Shown: positions 13,080-24,416 of the stretch, piece after piece
How the letters are laid out: each line of letters opens with the position of its first letter
Numbering within the stretch: the stretch's first letter is position 1
Origin: Neodothiora populina
Taxonomy: Eukaryota
NCBI RefSeq assembly: GCF_041146345.1
Contig: NW_027191405.1
Span: 868,001-932,000 of the forward strand
Length of the DNA: 64,000 nt
Direction of reading: 5' to 3'
Translations under genes and position numbers: made by a program
Notes under the pieces: generated by a model
What the model saw: the letters and a program-made list of their open reading frames with translations, nothing else
Database searches by the model: none
What the model was told of the DNA's origin: nothing

Positions 13080-13655
13080 CTATCCACCCATGAGAAGCCT
13101 TGCTGCTCCCGTTAGATCGTTTGGTGTATAGCTATCGCACTGGACAACATTTTGGTAGTCTGGTAGCTGCGGTGGTCTACCTCTGCTGCAGTAAAGTGCA
13201 CTGAGTGTGACTTGGCCGCCGTCTGTGGGCCTCATGCTCCGTAAAGCGCTGGATACAGCAAGAGTAAATATCCTCTGTCTTTCGATGAGGGAGTTGTTGT
13301 CGTTATACTGCGGTGAACTTTGAGGTTCGGCCATCACAACTACGATGGCGTGTGCCTGGCGAATCCAAGGCAGATGCAAATCGGTGAGACCTGTTCTCGG
13401 GCTGTAAGGGACATGTCTGACCCTTCTGTGGCGCCGCTCAATGGCCCGCCCAAAGCACTCGAATGGGTCTATCGTACCGTTTCTGCTTTGGTCGGCATTT
13501 GTGAGAGGCGGTAGAGCCGGTGTGAAGGTGACAACTATACATGCTTCTGGCAGCGCTTGCAATGCTGCAAGACTGATCGATGATGAACAAATAAAGTGAG
13601 GAGAGGAAGAAGCGGATGGACCAGCAGATGGCCGAGTTACCCCTGACGAGACCAT
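13080..13655 (-). CDS. Conserved fungal hypothetical protein resembling the second (alpha/beta) domain of Ngs1/Nag3-type GH3 beta-N-acetylglucosaminidases; no catalytic barrel
   Basis: 191-aa ORF with IVVTFTPALPPL...DPFECFGRAIERRHRRVRHVPYSPRTGLTDLH...AHAIVVV; first in-frame ATG at 13655; possible 5'UTR intron 13658-13749. Confidence 0.7.
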   Translation of the reverse strand: MVSSGVTRPSAGPSASSSPHFICSSSISLAALQALPEACIVVTFTPALPPLTNADQSRNGTIDPFECFGRAIERRHRRVRHVPYSPRTGLTDLHLPWIRQAHAIVVVMAEPQSSPQYNDNNSLIERQRIFTLAVSSALRSMRPTDGGQVTLSALYCSRGRPPQLPDYQNVVQCDSYTPNDLTGAARLLMGG

Positions 13656-15272
13656 CACTGAGGGAGATGATACGAAGCATATTGGTTTATGCTCAGTCTT
13701 TGGGCGTTATATAGCTTGAATTCTTGACTCAAAGTGCAAACTCGCTTACCCCTTTACATGCTGCCAGATCCGCCTTGAGGATTGTTGTTACGAAAGAAAA
13801 ACAACAAGTCCTCGATGAGATCGATTCTCTTCGATGTTATCCTATCAGGCGTGCGGCGCATAGGTCCAGGCCTATCGGATCCATCTCCATGCGATCCTCA
13901 CTGGTCAGTTGGGTCTAATTCTGCCACACTCAGGGCAGATAACGTGTCAAACGACGAAGCAGGAACTATCGATGCTGATCATTTATAGTGAGGGTGATGA
14001 GAGAGGTGCTTATTCTAATGAAGTGTGCTGGGATCTATCGAACTCTAAACGTAGGTTGGAAAAGCCCGTCCTTCGTGCAGGGAATCGATATCCATAACGC
14101 AAAAACCCACCAAAAAAAGACTGCGTGGGGCGTATGGGATCTGAATCGAGGCAGCGGCAGGCATAAAAGCCATCTACGTTGCAGGGGAGTTGCTGTTTTG
14201 GTTACTGGAAAACATGAGATATTGTGCATGACTCCGTAGGAGCGGTGCTATAAGCACATTGTTGACGATACCCCCAGGGCTGTAAGATGTACCACGCGCA
14301 TCTAGACAATGAACGGTACAGCTGCATGGGACCGCAATGGAACATCCTCGCTCTGAGAGAAGCCGCTGGGCGATACGGACGGAAGTATACCTCAATGGCC
14401 GGATCGCACTCGCGGTACTTACATTGTCAGCCTGCTGCCGCCATGTCACCATTAGCGCGACACACAGCGACATATCGATGGCGCCGACATGAATCTATGA
14501 GTCGTGAGTCGGAAACCAGCGAATATAGATAGTCAGCCTTCCCCATGAGTGAAAACGCGATCCTGGTGAACCATGGACAGGTGTGTCGAAAAGTCGGAGC
14601 GCGCGCAGAGGATACCATTGCGGGGCCAACTGTAGGTGCGTTTACTGTTTCCTCGAGATTGCTTGCACCCAGGTCGAGACTTTCGTACGACCATGTACGC
14701 GTAAGGAGAATTCATTCAGCTGAGGAGACCGCATGCTACGAGACCGTATAGCGTATAGGCAGTTCAAGCATGCGACCACCATTGATAAAGAGAACCGCAT
14801 GCACGTGTACTGAGGGATGGACCCAATTGACACGTCCGCGCGATATGCCCTGCAAGTGCTCAGGTGGCTGCTGTACCTACCTATGGTGAAGTATATTGTG
14901 ATGGCAAGTGCATATAGTCTCTGACCCTGATCGTGACAAACCATACGACTCGCAGTCGTTGATCAAGAGTGACTAAGGTACTACAAAGTGAGAAGCCGCG
15001 ATCCACAATAATAGTCGCCAAGTTTAGGAAATCCGTGGCGATCCGCAACCGGACCCTTTCTCGCCTGATCAGACCTCGCCTACCAGTTCGCCAACGATCT
15101 GCTTGCGCCGCCCGCTTCATGACTATCCTATCACTTGACTTGTATGAAGCATCAAACCCTGATGTATGAGTGAGCCTCTTGCGGCTTAGAAATCTGCAGG
15201 TGCGCTTGCTGGGGTAGAACGCTCGATCGGCTTCTCCGTTTAGCCAGGTCAGCAGGCATCGCGCGGTGGACC

Positions 15273-17569
15273 ATGGAGTCTGAGCGGCCATTCGTCGAGG
15301 TATCATTGCTGGTATCTGGAGCCCAACTTGGCCAACATCGATTTGAAAGGTATAGTATTGATGTCGACACGGGCGGATCGGAGGTGCCATCAATAGCGCC
15401 CTGGAGGTGTAATCTGGTAAGTCCGGTGCTCGCTTGCATGAACCTGCGAAAGTTCTGCAGCCAACAATAAAGCAGACGGCTCTGTCGCAATGTTTCAATG
15501 TATATTTTGTCGCATATGGAGAAAAAATCTACGTCTATCAACCGCAGTTTCCTACACAAGTCATACCCAAAGAACCTGAAGTCGTCATCGACACACTGCC
15601 TTCTAGCCCAGGCCTGCCTGGATACATAAATCCGCGAAGACCTCATGCTATCAACAAGCTCGTTGTCCAATACCTGGGGCAAGATGAGGTTCTAGCGGTC
15701 GTTCGGGATGATGGTGACGTTGATGCCTACCTGACGCGGCACATCCATCAAGCGCTCGAAAGGCGACATCAAGCGAGCAATAGTCTAGGAACACAAGGAT
15801 CCGATCTCCGGCCCTTCTTCCAACGCAACGTCGGAATAAGTGCTTGGGGTCTGGCGATTCATGGCGAAGCTCGCATGATTGCCGTCAGCTCGAACCACGC
15901 GGAGGTGACGATATTCACATTTGCTTTGACACGAGAAGGCAACAGCATTGAAGTGGACGATGATCTGGCCAACGAGGAAGAAAGGATCTATCACATGGGC
16001 TCTACAATCATACCTCGTGCTGACAGGGAACAAAATGATACTCGAGTGATTGCAAATGGCAAGACTAATATACCAGACATTGCCTTCTGCAATACAGGGC
16101 ACGATCCGAGTGGCCGCTGGCTCATATCCACTGATATTTCGGGTGTTGTGAGGTCTTGGGACATACACAAACTCAAGTGTGGCGGCGCTTTCTTGGCTAC
16201 GGTTCACCCTTCTGCTGTCACTGTCAATCATTCAAGTTCTGCAGAGGCAATCTTCGACCGCTTCAATGCCGGTTGGTCTGTCATGTTCTTGGACCCTAGA
16301 TCGTTTCGCACCACGAAATCATTACCCGAAGCATTGGGTGTATCTTCCTCCGCCGGTGAGCGCGATGGACTTGATGAAAGGCAATTAATATGGGACATCA
16401 GCGCGACTATCGAGCAGGTAAAGGGAAGAGCGGAGATATATGAGCACCGGTCACCTGTTGATGTGACTGATGGAAACTATACGAATCCGACCGGACGTCG
16501 TGCTCACCATAGCACATCGCCAAGTGCGACAGATACCCAGAGCTCTCCTCCCAGACCGAATCGTACGTTACGTGAGCTCATTGGAGAATTGTATAGTATT
16601 GATGGAGAGGCGGGGTTTCTTGCCCCTGACACCATGGCCGAGGATGGCGATAATGGTATCGGAGACGGCAACGATCGTACTGGCGACGACGATGTTGATG
16701 AGGATGATGATGATGATGATGCATCAGACGTTGTCGTTTTCAGAGGCAGAGGTGGCAACGACAATGGGGATAGGTCAACCCAATCGATATTTTCTGCACG
16801 GGCAGACAATGTGACGCAAGGAACCGACGAACGACAAATGCAAGTGCAAACGCATGATCCCACCATCCAAGTGGATGACGACTATGACATGCGATCAGTC
16901 TATTCTGAATACACAGACATGAACTCGGGAGACGAAGAATATCTGACACCTCGCCGGGGCGCTAACCCAGACGTCAACTTCCAAGGCACACACAGCCTTT
17001 GCCCGCCTGAGCTTCCGTGTCCAATCTTCCATGCCTCGGTCACGACACTGCACCTCTTCCAGCCAGCCCCCACTGCCTCGGTGACGGGGCACGCACCAAT
17101 AATCACACTGGCAGATCCGTTTTACCAAGAGTTACCATTACGACACTTCACCATTGATCAAATAGACCGATGCAACATGGCTGCTCAGATCGCAGAGCTG
17201 GGCGTGGTGGTAGTCGCCACCCAGAAGGGGCGAGTGGCGATTCTATCGCTGACTCAGGTGGCCACGAAGGCGCCGGATCCCATGGCGAGAAGTGGTGCAT
17301 CGCCAGGTGTATCGACCAGACGGGTGTACGGATTTAGGGTTGACCATGTATTACCGCTGGCGAGCCAGGAAGCAGCAGGACATCGGCCGCCTGTGCCTCT
17401 GCATGGTGTAGCCGTCGGACCAGTGCAGGGTACCGAGAAGCTGGCGGACGGGGAAAAGAGATGGAGGTTGATGATCATGTACCAGGATCATACTGTGCTC
17501 AGCTATGAGATTTGCAAAGCCCCCGATGAATCGGTTGACGTTGGGGGGCCTGCCAGTGTTGTCATCTGA
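15273..17569 (+). CDS. CRT10: Crt10-family WD40-like protein; intron 15417-15475
   Basis: Splicing restores the PWRCNL|TALSQ motif; PHAINKL, DDGDV, VGISAWGLAIH...IAVSSN, NIPDIAF, RCNMAAQIAELGVVVVATQKGRVAI are typical of fungal CRT10 proteins. Confidence 0.85.
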
Positions 17570-17958
17570 AGGATGATGGATCTGGGTAGTTCTTGGACGT
17601 GTCATTGCTGGAAGATGAAAAGAACCAACGCCGATTCCGGCAGGTTGGACACACAAGAATTATTACAAATGTACATGGTCATGCCGGCTCCCTGATCTTT
17701 TCTGCTGTGGATCTCGGTCTTTCTTCGAATCCGCTTTCGAGATCTCCGTGCGCAATTACTAGAAAAAAAACAAAAAGAAGACTCCCAAGAAACGCCTGAT
17801 GCCTATGCTGCTAGATCGGCAGCCCCCATTAGTGACGTTACTCTGTCTCCCGATTATCGTATCCGTGGTCTGCTTTCGTTTTTTCTTCTTTTTCTCAATG
17901 TGCTTGCGCGAGTGACGGCAGCAGAAAGGGTCCTCGCCTGACTTCCAGCCCCATCGCT

Positions 17959-18567
17959 CTAGCTCCCAATGACTTCCCTGACAGTCTCGACAGCCTCCTT
18001 GACAGCGGTACCCGGCGCGCTGCTGGTGATGGCAGCAGCGGTCTTGACAGCGGTCTGGATGACAGTGTGCGAGAGGCGCGAGGCGCTGTGCTCAAAGTCG
18101 CCCGCGACGTAGTAGAATGCTCTGCGGCAGATGAAAGTGATATGTTCGGGCAGGTAGAGGGAAGCTGCTATCGTGACCATTGAGAGGAAGAGGAAAAGGA
18201 TCGAGTCTGGGTTGCCTGTTAGTACTTTTCTCGTTTTCGGAGGTTCTGTAGAGGGATGGATGGAGGGAGGGAGGGAGGGAGGGAGGGACGATGGGGAAGG
18301 GGGGAGGCACGCAAAGAAAAGGGAATACGCACTGAAGATGAACTTTTCCGTCGGAGTCATCATGTACAGCGAGAAGGTGACTTCGTACTGGTATCGCTTG
18401 CGCTCGACCCATCGCAGCACTTTCGAGGGGCAGAAGAAGCAGGCGGTCACGGCGAGCACGCTGATGCAGCCCAGGATGGTCAGGGTCGAGTTGTTGGTTT
18501 CGCCAAACATGATTGGCTGTCTGGTGATGGGTTGGTCGATCGAGGACGCCGAGGAGGAGGGTGTCAT
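17959..18567 (-). CDS. Serine palmitoyltransferase small subunit-like protein (SPTss/DUF3317); intron 18207-18332
   Basis: LRWVERKRYQYEVTFSLYMMTPTEKFIF|NSILFLFLSMVTIAASLYLPEHI...FYY; intron GTGCGT..ACTAAC..CAG; start could be 18567 or 18510. Confidence 0.85.
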   Translation of the reverse strand: MTPSSSASSIDQPITRQPIMFGETNNSTLTILGCISVLAVTACFFCPSKVLRWVERKRYQYEVTFSLYMMTPTEKFIFSAYSLFFACLPPSPSSLPPSLPPSIHPSTEPPKTRKVLTGNPDSILFLFLSMVTIAASLYLPEHITFICRRAFYYVAGDFEHSASRLSHTVIQTAVKTAAAITSSAPGTAVKEAVETVREVIGS

Positions 18568-18587
18568 GGGTGTCGGCTTTGGGTCTT

Positions 18588-18626
18588 CTGCTTCTTCTTC
18601 TTCTTCTCCTTCTTCTTCTTCTTCGT
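18588..18626. repeat. (CTT/GAA)n microsatellite just upstream of the SPTss ATG
   Basis: cttcttcttcttcttctccttcttcttcttcttcg. Confidence 0.85.
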
Positions 18627-19371
18627 CTAGTCCTTCGGTGCTGGAATTGTTGCCTTTATGTAAGGGGACTAGGTGTAGAGCGTCGAAGTGATGTGTTGAT
18701 TGAATGAGGTTATTTTGTGGCTTAGTGTTATTGTCAAGTGGACTTTCTATAGTCTACAGAAGTGGTGTTGTTGCGGAAAATGTTTGTTATTGACCCGAGT
18801 GGTGTTTTGATTGTCACGTCTAAATGATATGATGACAGGATGAGCGAGCAGACAGGAAAGTTACAGTGGACAAGGCAGCCACTCCACTGAACCCTTATTG
18901 ATTCCGTGAGGCGGATATGCAGTCTTGTGCTGGATTGTCCAGTACAGTACCTTACCGTAATTAATTACCATTTACCGTAATCAGTGAAATGGACCCGCGC
19001 GCCGCCACAAGCCGAGTCAAGCCACCTCAGGCAGCAGGGCAGGGAAATCACAAGATTTCCAAATCGGGTTTCACTGTACAGTAGACACAGTCGTCTGCTT
19101 CATCGAAGTCGTTTTTTTGGTTCTCTTTACCCTCCACCAGAATGCACAGATGCCAGAATGAAACGAGCGAAGAGAAAAGGGCCATCTGTCTGAAACCCGA
19201 GTGAGACCTTTAGGGTTTGATGCTTGATGGCGCGCCTTGTCACATGAAATTCGGGAATCCATCGTCGTCACCGATTATTTGGCCCTTGTTTAGGTGTTCA
19301 GGTACCGAACAGTAGCTTAGGTACCTTAGCCTACCTGATTACCTACCTAAATAGATCGTTACTTTTTGTAT

Positions 19372-19392
19372 ACACACACACACACACACACA
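19372..19392. repeat. (AC)~10 microsatellite
   Basis: acacacacacacacacacaca. Confidence 0.9.
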
Positions 19393-19462
19393 GAGGCACG
19401 TGTGCTCGACCATGTCATGACAAGAAGCACTCTGCATACACTTCCCTCCAATCACCGGCAAG

Positions 19463-20161
19463 ATGTCACAACTCGGCCGTCTAGCGGCGAGAGCTATTCC
19501 ACGCACCCCGAGCATGAGAGAATACCTTCGATTCCACCGCAGCATCACCGGCCCATTCACAACAACGATACGACCGACATCACTGCGTCAAGCACACTCC
19601 AAACCACTGCCGCCGCGGCCCACAATCGACGAGTCAACAATCACCGAAGCGTTCCTCAAAGGCACAGGACCAGGCGGACAGAAGATCAACAAGACTTCCT
19701 CCGCCGTCCAGCTCAAGCACTTGCCTACGGGCATCGTGATAAAATGTCAAGAGACACGCTCGCGTTCGCAGAACCGCAAGATCGCTCGGCGCATCTTGGC
19801 TGAACGCATCGAGGAGAGAGAGTTGGGCGAGGGGAGCAGGACGGCCATCAAGGCCGAAAGGCTGAGTAAGAAGAAGGCGAGCAGGAACAAGAAGAGTAGG
19901 CGCAAATACAAGAAGCTGGCTGACGAGGGCAAGGAGGAAGACGACGACGAAGACGTGGAAGATAATGGAGAGGGAGAAGGGATATTTGCAGTGGACCGCA
20001 GCTCAGAAGGGCGCATCCTCAACAGCGAGCCAGAAGACCTCGATCCGAGCGAGCGGATAGACGTGACCCATAGCCCGCAGCGACATCGTCAAAAGCAGGA
20101 GGAACAACCTCAGCGACACCACAGCCAAACCACGACGACGATCGATCAAGGTCGAGGATGA
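19463..20161 (+). CDS. Mitochondrial peptide chain release factor-like protein (RF-1 domain; C12orf65/MTRFR, yeast Rso55-like)
   Basis: Arg/Ser/Thr-rich presequence-like N-terminus; FLKGTGPGGQKINKTSSAVQLKHLPTGIVIKCQETRSRSQNRKIARR (GGQ motif); basic KKKASRNKKSRRKY tail. Confidence 0.92.
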   Translation: MSQLGRLAARAIPRTPSMREYLRFHRSITGPFTTTIRPTSLRQAHSKPLPPRPTIDESTITEAFLKGTGPGGQKINKTSSAVQLKHLPTGIVIKCQETRSRSQNRKIARRILAERIEERELGEGSRTAIKAERLSKKKASRNKKSRRKYKKLADEGKEEDDDEDVEDNGEGEGIFAVDRSSEGRILNSEPEDLDPSERIDVTHSPQRHRQKQEEQPQRHHSQTTTTIDQGRG

Positions 20162-20444
20162 AGTCAGACACGACGTCAGCCAGAATTAAAGCCTCGCGTC
20201 TTCCTTCCTCACTTCTCAACCACTCCTCTCCACATCCCAACTACATCTTAACAAGAGAAGGATTCAGAGTTCAGTAAACCAAGAAAAGCCAGCCCAGGGG
20301 ACCACAGTTCGAGCGCCCTCCGCGCGCGACGTCCACATCCGTTAGAGCGAGAGAGAAAAACACGGAAGGACTTGCCTGTACTTTCTACTTGTGCTGTGGT
20401 TATTAAAAGCCACAAGCATACCCACATGACGGCCTCATAACTTA

Positions 20445-20564
20445 CCAAAGTCAACTAGTCAACTCTAGACGAGCAGCGGAGGAGAAAGGTTTCCGCTCTC
20501 CCAAAGTCAAGAAGTCAACTCTAGACGAGCAGCGGAAGAAAAAAAGGGTTCCGCTCTCCCAAAG
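20445..20564. repeat. Tandem duplication, two units of 56-58 bp, each with an AGCGGA...TCCGCT inverted repeat
   Basis: ccaaagtcaactagtcaactctagacgagcagcggaggagaaaggtttccgctctc / ccaaagtcaagaagtcaactctagacgagcagcggaagaaaaaaagggttccgctctc / ccaaag. Confidence 0.9.
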
Positions 20565-21923
20565 AGAGGAAGATGAAGGGAATAGTGAAAGCGTAGAGTG
20601 GAGCCAGGCAAGGCCAGAAAAGCTTACGCCCCGTCATACAAATTCGGTGGTTGTGGCTAAGGTACCTTACTGAATCTGGCATTTCTCCCACGTTCGGTCC
20701 GAGGCTAGCCGCCGTTTCTTTCGTCGTTGCGTGTGTCGTGTGGTTGTGGTGTTAGCTTGGACAGTTACTCTACCCTTACTGACCACCTCCTTCTCACTCC
20801 TCTCCCTCTTAGTCGTTCAGTCGTCCATTTCGACTATATACGAAAGGAAGGAGAATAAACGTTGACAAGGTACCAAGGTACAGAGTTGGAAGATTCAGTA
20901 TCTGACTTCAAGGACGAAGTGGTCCGGTCCCTCCTTCCAAAAGGGTCAGAAGGGTCGTTGGTTCAGCACTGTACAGTACTTGTAGGTACGGTACGTTAGA
21001 ACAAACCTTAAACAAGAAACTCCACTTGCCTTGCCTTTTGTGCATACATATACCGTTCACTGTACCGATTGTGAGCAAGAACAGGAAGCTCTCCGTCTCT
21101 TGTTAGTCATAGAAGATATATAGTAGAGTGGATAAAGTTCTGTATACACTTCCCCCTTGGTTCTTGGCTGCATGCAAGCAAGCAAGCTCCTGTGCGTGTC
21201 ACATTTATTGCCTACCAGAAAGGCAGTGGAAACTCAATCGCGCGCGCGCACAATTCTCGGGAATCCCCCCAATCGTGCTCTTTAGCCAAAGCTTGAGAGA
21301 ACGAGAAAAAGTGAGAAGGATGGGAGGAGACACAGGAAGAGAGAAAGAGTGTGAGACCATCATCTTCTTTGCTATGCCAAAACAACATCTGAAAACGCTC
21401 CCGAAGGGGGGCGTAGGCTATTATACAACTAAAAACTTGAGTCCAAAAACAAGAAAAAGGTCAGCGGTCTGATTCTGTCGTTCTCTAGCATGCCGCACGA
21501 GGATATATAACGTGGTTTTTGGTTGGAGTCCCAAACAAGCCTGGACCGGAATGAAGGAAGGGAAAGATAGATGACAATCGTGCTGTAGGAGCGGTGGGTG
21601 AGCGGTAGGTAAGGTGATGGTGCTTGATGGGGGTCATGAAGAAGGAAATCATGATGCGAGAGAAAACGCCCTTGAGAATGTGACCAAATCAAAAAAGGAA
21701 AATCAAGAAAAATTTGTCCCAGATGTCGTTCCAGATGTCAGACGAAACGAATGTTTTCGTAGGACAGGAGAGAATAGAATAGTAGAGAAGCCTCAGCTGG
21801 ACGTTCGTCATGCCAAACGAATGTTGAATCCCCCATGTGCTCCGAACTCCTTGCGTCGTGAATAGATGTAAGCCGCCAGTGACCGATAGAAAGTTATGAT
21901 GGACTTGTGATGAGCTCCACGGA

Positions 21924-23448
21924 TCATGAGTGGAAGAGATCCCAGGCTCGCGCACAGAGCCGTAGGAACTCTTCGCGCTTTTCCGGACCAGTGAGACTAC
22001 TACGCCAGTCCGCTTCACCGTCTTCGTGAGCCATGAAGCTCGCTCGCTTGCTCTCCGACCGGCGCAGCGGGCTGCCATTGTCACGCTCGTACTCGTCTCT
22101 CCCACGTCGACGACCCGCTGTGCCCTGGCTGTAGTCCTGCCTTGGAGCCTCGAGGTGTGGTGCCGAGGCGTACTGCGACGGATGCGGCTGATAGTGCGAG
22201 TGTGATGGTGGACGCGGACCCTGCTGAGTGTGTTGGTGCTGTGGCTGTTGCTGTTGCTGTTGATGGTGATGATGGTGACTCGGCATGGGCGACGGAGGAG
22301 TTGGTGGTTGCGTGCCCCCGTAGTGAACAATTTTGGGTAATAGATCATCGCGGCCGCGGGACAACTCTTGCACTGCCTCCTCAGCACTCCTGAATTCGCG
22401 TCCTCGACCACTCATCTGCGCTTGATGCTGATGCTGTGATGGCGGGGGGAAACTAGGGCTATGCAGGGGAGCGTGTCCCGGCGACGGTCGACTGGCGAAC
22501 ATGGCTGGGCGTGCAGTGGCAGGGGGAGGAGGATGAGCAGCTAATCTGTCATGCGCGAATACATCGGAAATAGGAGGTAATCTGTTCTCCGTTTGATTCG
22601 CCGGAACGTGATTGATGTTGTTCGTCTGGCTCAAGCCGCTCGCGTGTTGGTTGTAAGGCTGGTTTCGCAGGCCAGTGAAGGATTGGTGTAAGGGGGCGGA
22701 CTGGATGACACGCTCATTGGAGAAGGCGGCGGCAGAGGGCGCAAGAATGCTGAGTCCTGGAGGAGGTCCTTTTCGGCGAGGATTGGAAGCGGCACGGCTT
22801 TGCTCGCCGAACGCTGCACCTTCGGCCGTACGCTGTGAGTCAGGACTTTCGTGTGGTGCGCCTGATCTCTGGGGAGTATTCTTCTGTCTGGACTCGATGA
22901 TCATGCGTTGCTGCTCACGGACATCCATGCTTCTTTGCAATTGCTCGCGCATGGCTGGATCTTGGGTCTGGATACCAGGTGAGAGACAGGCCAGTGCAAG
23001 GTGAGCGGAATCCTTCGCGGTCAGCGGACCGGACGGCCTTCCACTCTGGGGTCCGCGTCCAGCACCGCTGCTGGCCGACAGATCCAGCCGGCGTGGTCGA
23101 GGACGCGACGAAGCCGGATGTCCAGGAGACGATGGCTCCTTTTTGACTTTGATTGTGGAACTTCCAGGCCTTAAGCTGTCACAGCGTTAGTCACTACAAT
23201 CATTGATCTGAACAGCCAGGATGTGCTCCTGCTCACCTTCGAGGGGACATGTTGCCGTCTGCGCTTCGTGGGGCTGATCTAGGTGAGTGTTCTGCAGAGG
23301 CTGGGCCTGTTCGGCCAGGAGGAGTAGTCCTCGAGGATGACGAAGAAGTCACCATTGGGGGCGCTGATGCAGCCAAATGGGCGAGATTCGCAAGGCCGTG
23401 ATCTCGTGAGACTGAGATGGAAGGCGCAGATGCGACGACGGTCGTCAT
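21924..23448 (-). CDS. Conserved Pezizomycotina Ser/Pro-rich protein, candidate MAPK/Ste12-interacting (Dig1/Dig2-like) regulator; intron 23176-23236
   Basis: Intron GTGAGC..ACTAAC..CAG joins MTTVVAS...MSPR to S-LRPGSSTIKVKKEP...LACLSPGIQTQDPAMREQLQRS...; ends EEFLRLCARAWDLFHS. The gene structure is well supported; the function is inferred. Confidence 0.8.
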
Positions 23449-23721
23449 TGTGCGAATTGTAAATCAAAGGCGATTGACAGGTGTGCAGACAACGACAACG
23501 TTGACCTGTCTCCAGCTGCAGATTACAGGATGTGGGCGACTCTTTTGATGCCAATTTACTTAGGCAAGAGTGGACGGGGCGAACCAGACTATCGACGGAA
23601 GCGATGCAATGATCGACCGACAATTTTCCCCTTACAAGCGCCCTTTCGGAAGGACGGATACGAAGATTGACAGACGGCGCTTGGGGGAGGCTGCTGCTCT
23701 GCTCTGCGCGGTCTTCCTGGG

Positions 23722-23728
23722 TATATAA
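23722..23728 (-). promoter_or_regulatory. Possible TATA element about 275 bp upstream of the ATG at 23448
   Basis: TTATATA on the minus strand, preceded and followed by CT-rich sequence on that strand. Confidence 0.35.
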
Positions 23729-24080
23729 TGGGGCTGGGTCACAGGACAGAGACTCTTTCTTGGAAACGACGAAAAGTAGCACAAGGAGACAACGTTAAAA
23801 TGGGGGGAAGAAGGGTGGGATAACGCACGCCGCTAAAGCTGTGCAAAAGGCAAAAGAAAAGACAGACGGATACGCGCGAACTACGAGGGGCAGGGCGAGT
23901 GATAATCAATCATACCTTAAAAGTAGGGCCAACACGATGCTCGTGAAACCCCAAACGACAGCGACCTTCAACCTGTGACAAAATGGATTTAGCTCCTTCC
24001 CCAACTTGCCCTTTTGGTCCATCATCGGCCTCACGCACAGACAGATGACGCTGGTCAGAACGGCCCTTTCATCTTGGCTT

Positions 24081-24416
24081 TGTTTCAGCCGCGGCCACCC
24101 ACAGGATCCAAGCGACACGCGCGACAGCCAACACGGCATTACGGACGTAAAATCAGTGTGGCGACGAATACACGATAAATACAGTGAGAGGGGGAGAAAT
24201 ACGAGAGACGCATCTTGCTTGCAACACACCTCCAGCACTCGCCTTCCTACACATTCGGAATTCGTTCGTTAGTAGCCAACCAGCCTATCCCAAGCGCTGG
24301 CTTCTCCTTGGCTTATTACTTGTTGCAATACATAGGCTGTCGCACCAGTCCCCTCAGCCCGCGGGCCCATGCCAATGGAAATTGTACAACACGCGCGCTG
24401 CAGGTCAACTGAAACA
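24081..24416. promoter_or_regulatory. Two perfect Ste12-type pheromone response elements (TGTTTCA 24081-24087; TGAAACA 24410-24416)
   Basis: Exact matches to the TGAAACA consensus within 1 kb upstream of the 23448 ATG. Confidence 0.35.

Noticed and set aside
19209..19218. TTAGGGTT as telomere repeat or telomerase RNA template
   Set aside because: Single copy, does not form the full 1.5-repeat template, no flanking support
20445..20564. Repeat pair as a CRISPR array
   Set aside because: Eukaryotic context, only two abutting units, no unique spacers, no cas genes
20162..21120. TpA clearly exceeds ApT by manual count, with many GTAC/CTAG words; considered RIP or a reversed (non-complemented) assembly segment
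   Set aside because: GC content is not depressed and there is no transposon remnant. Similar composition occurs downstream of Sec16 (30400-30700), so 3'-UTR/terminator composition between convergent genes explains it
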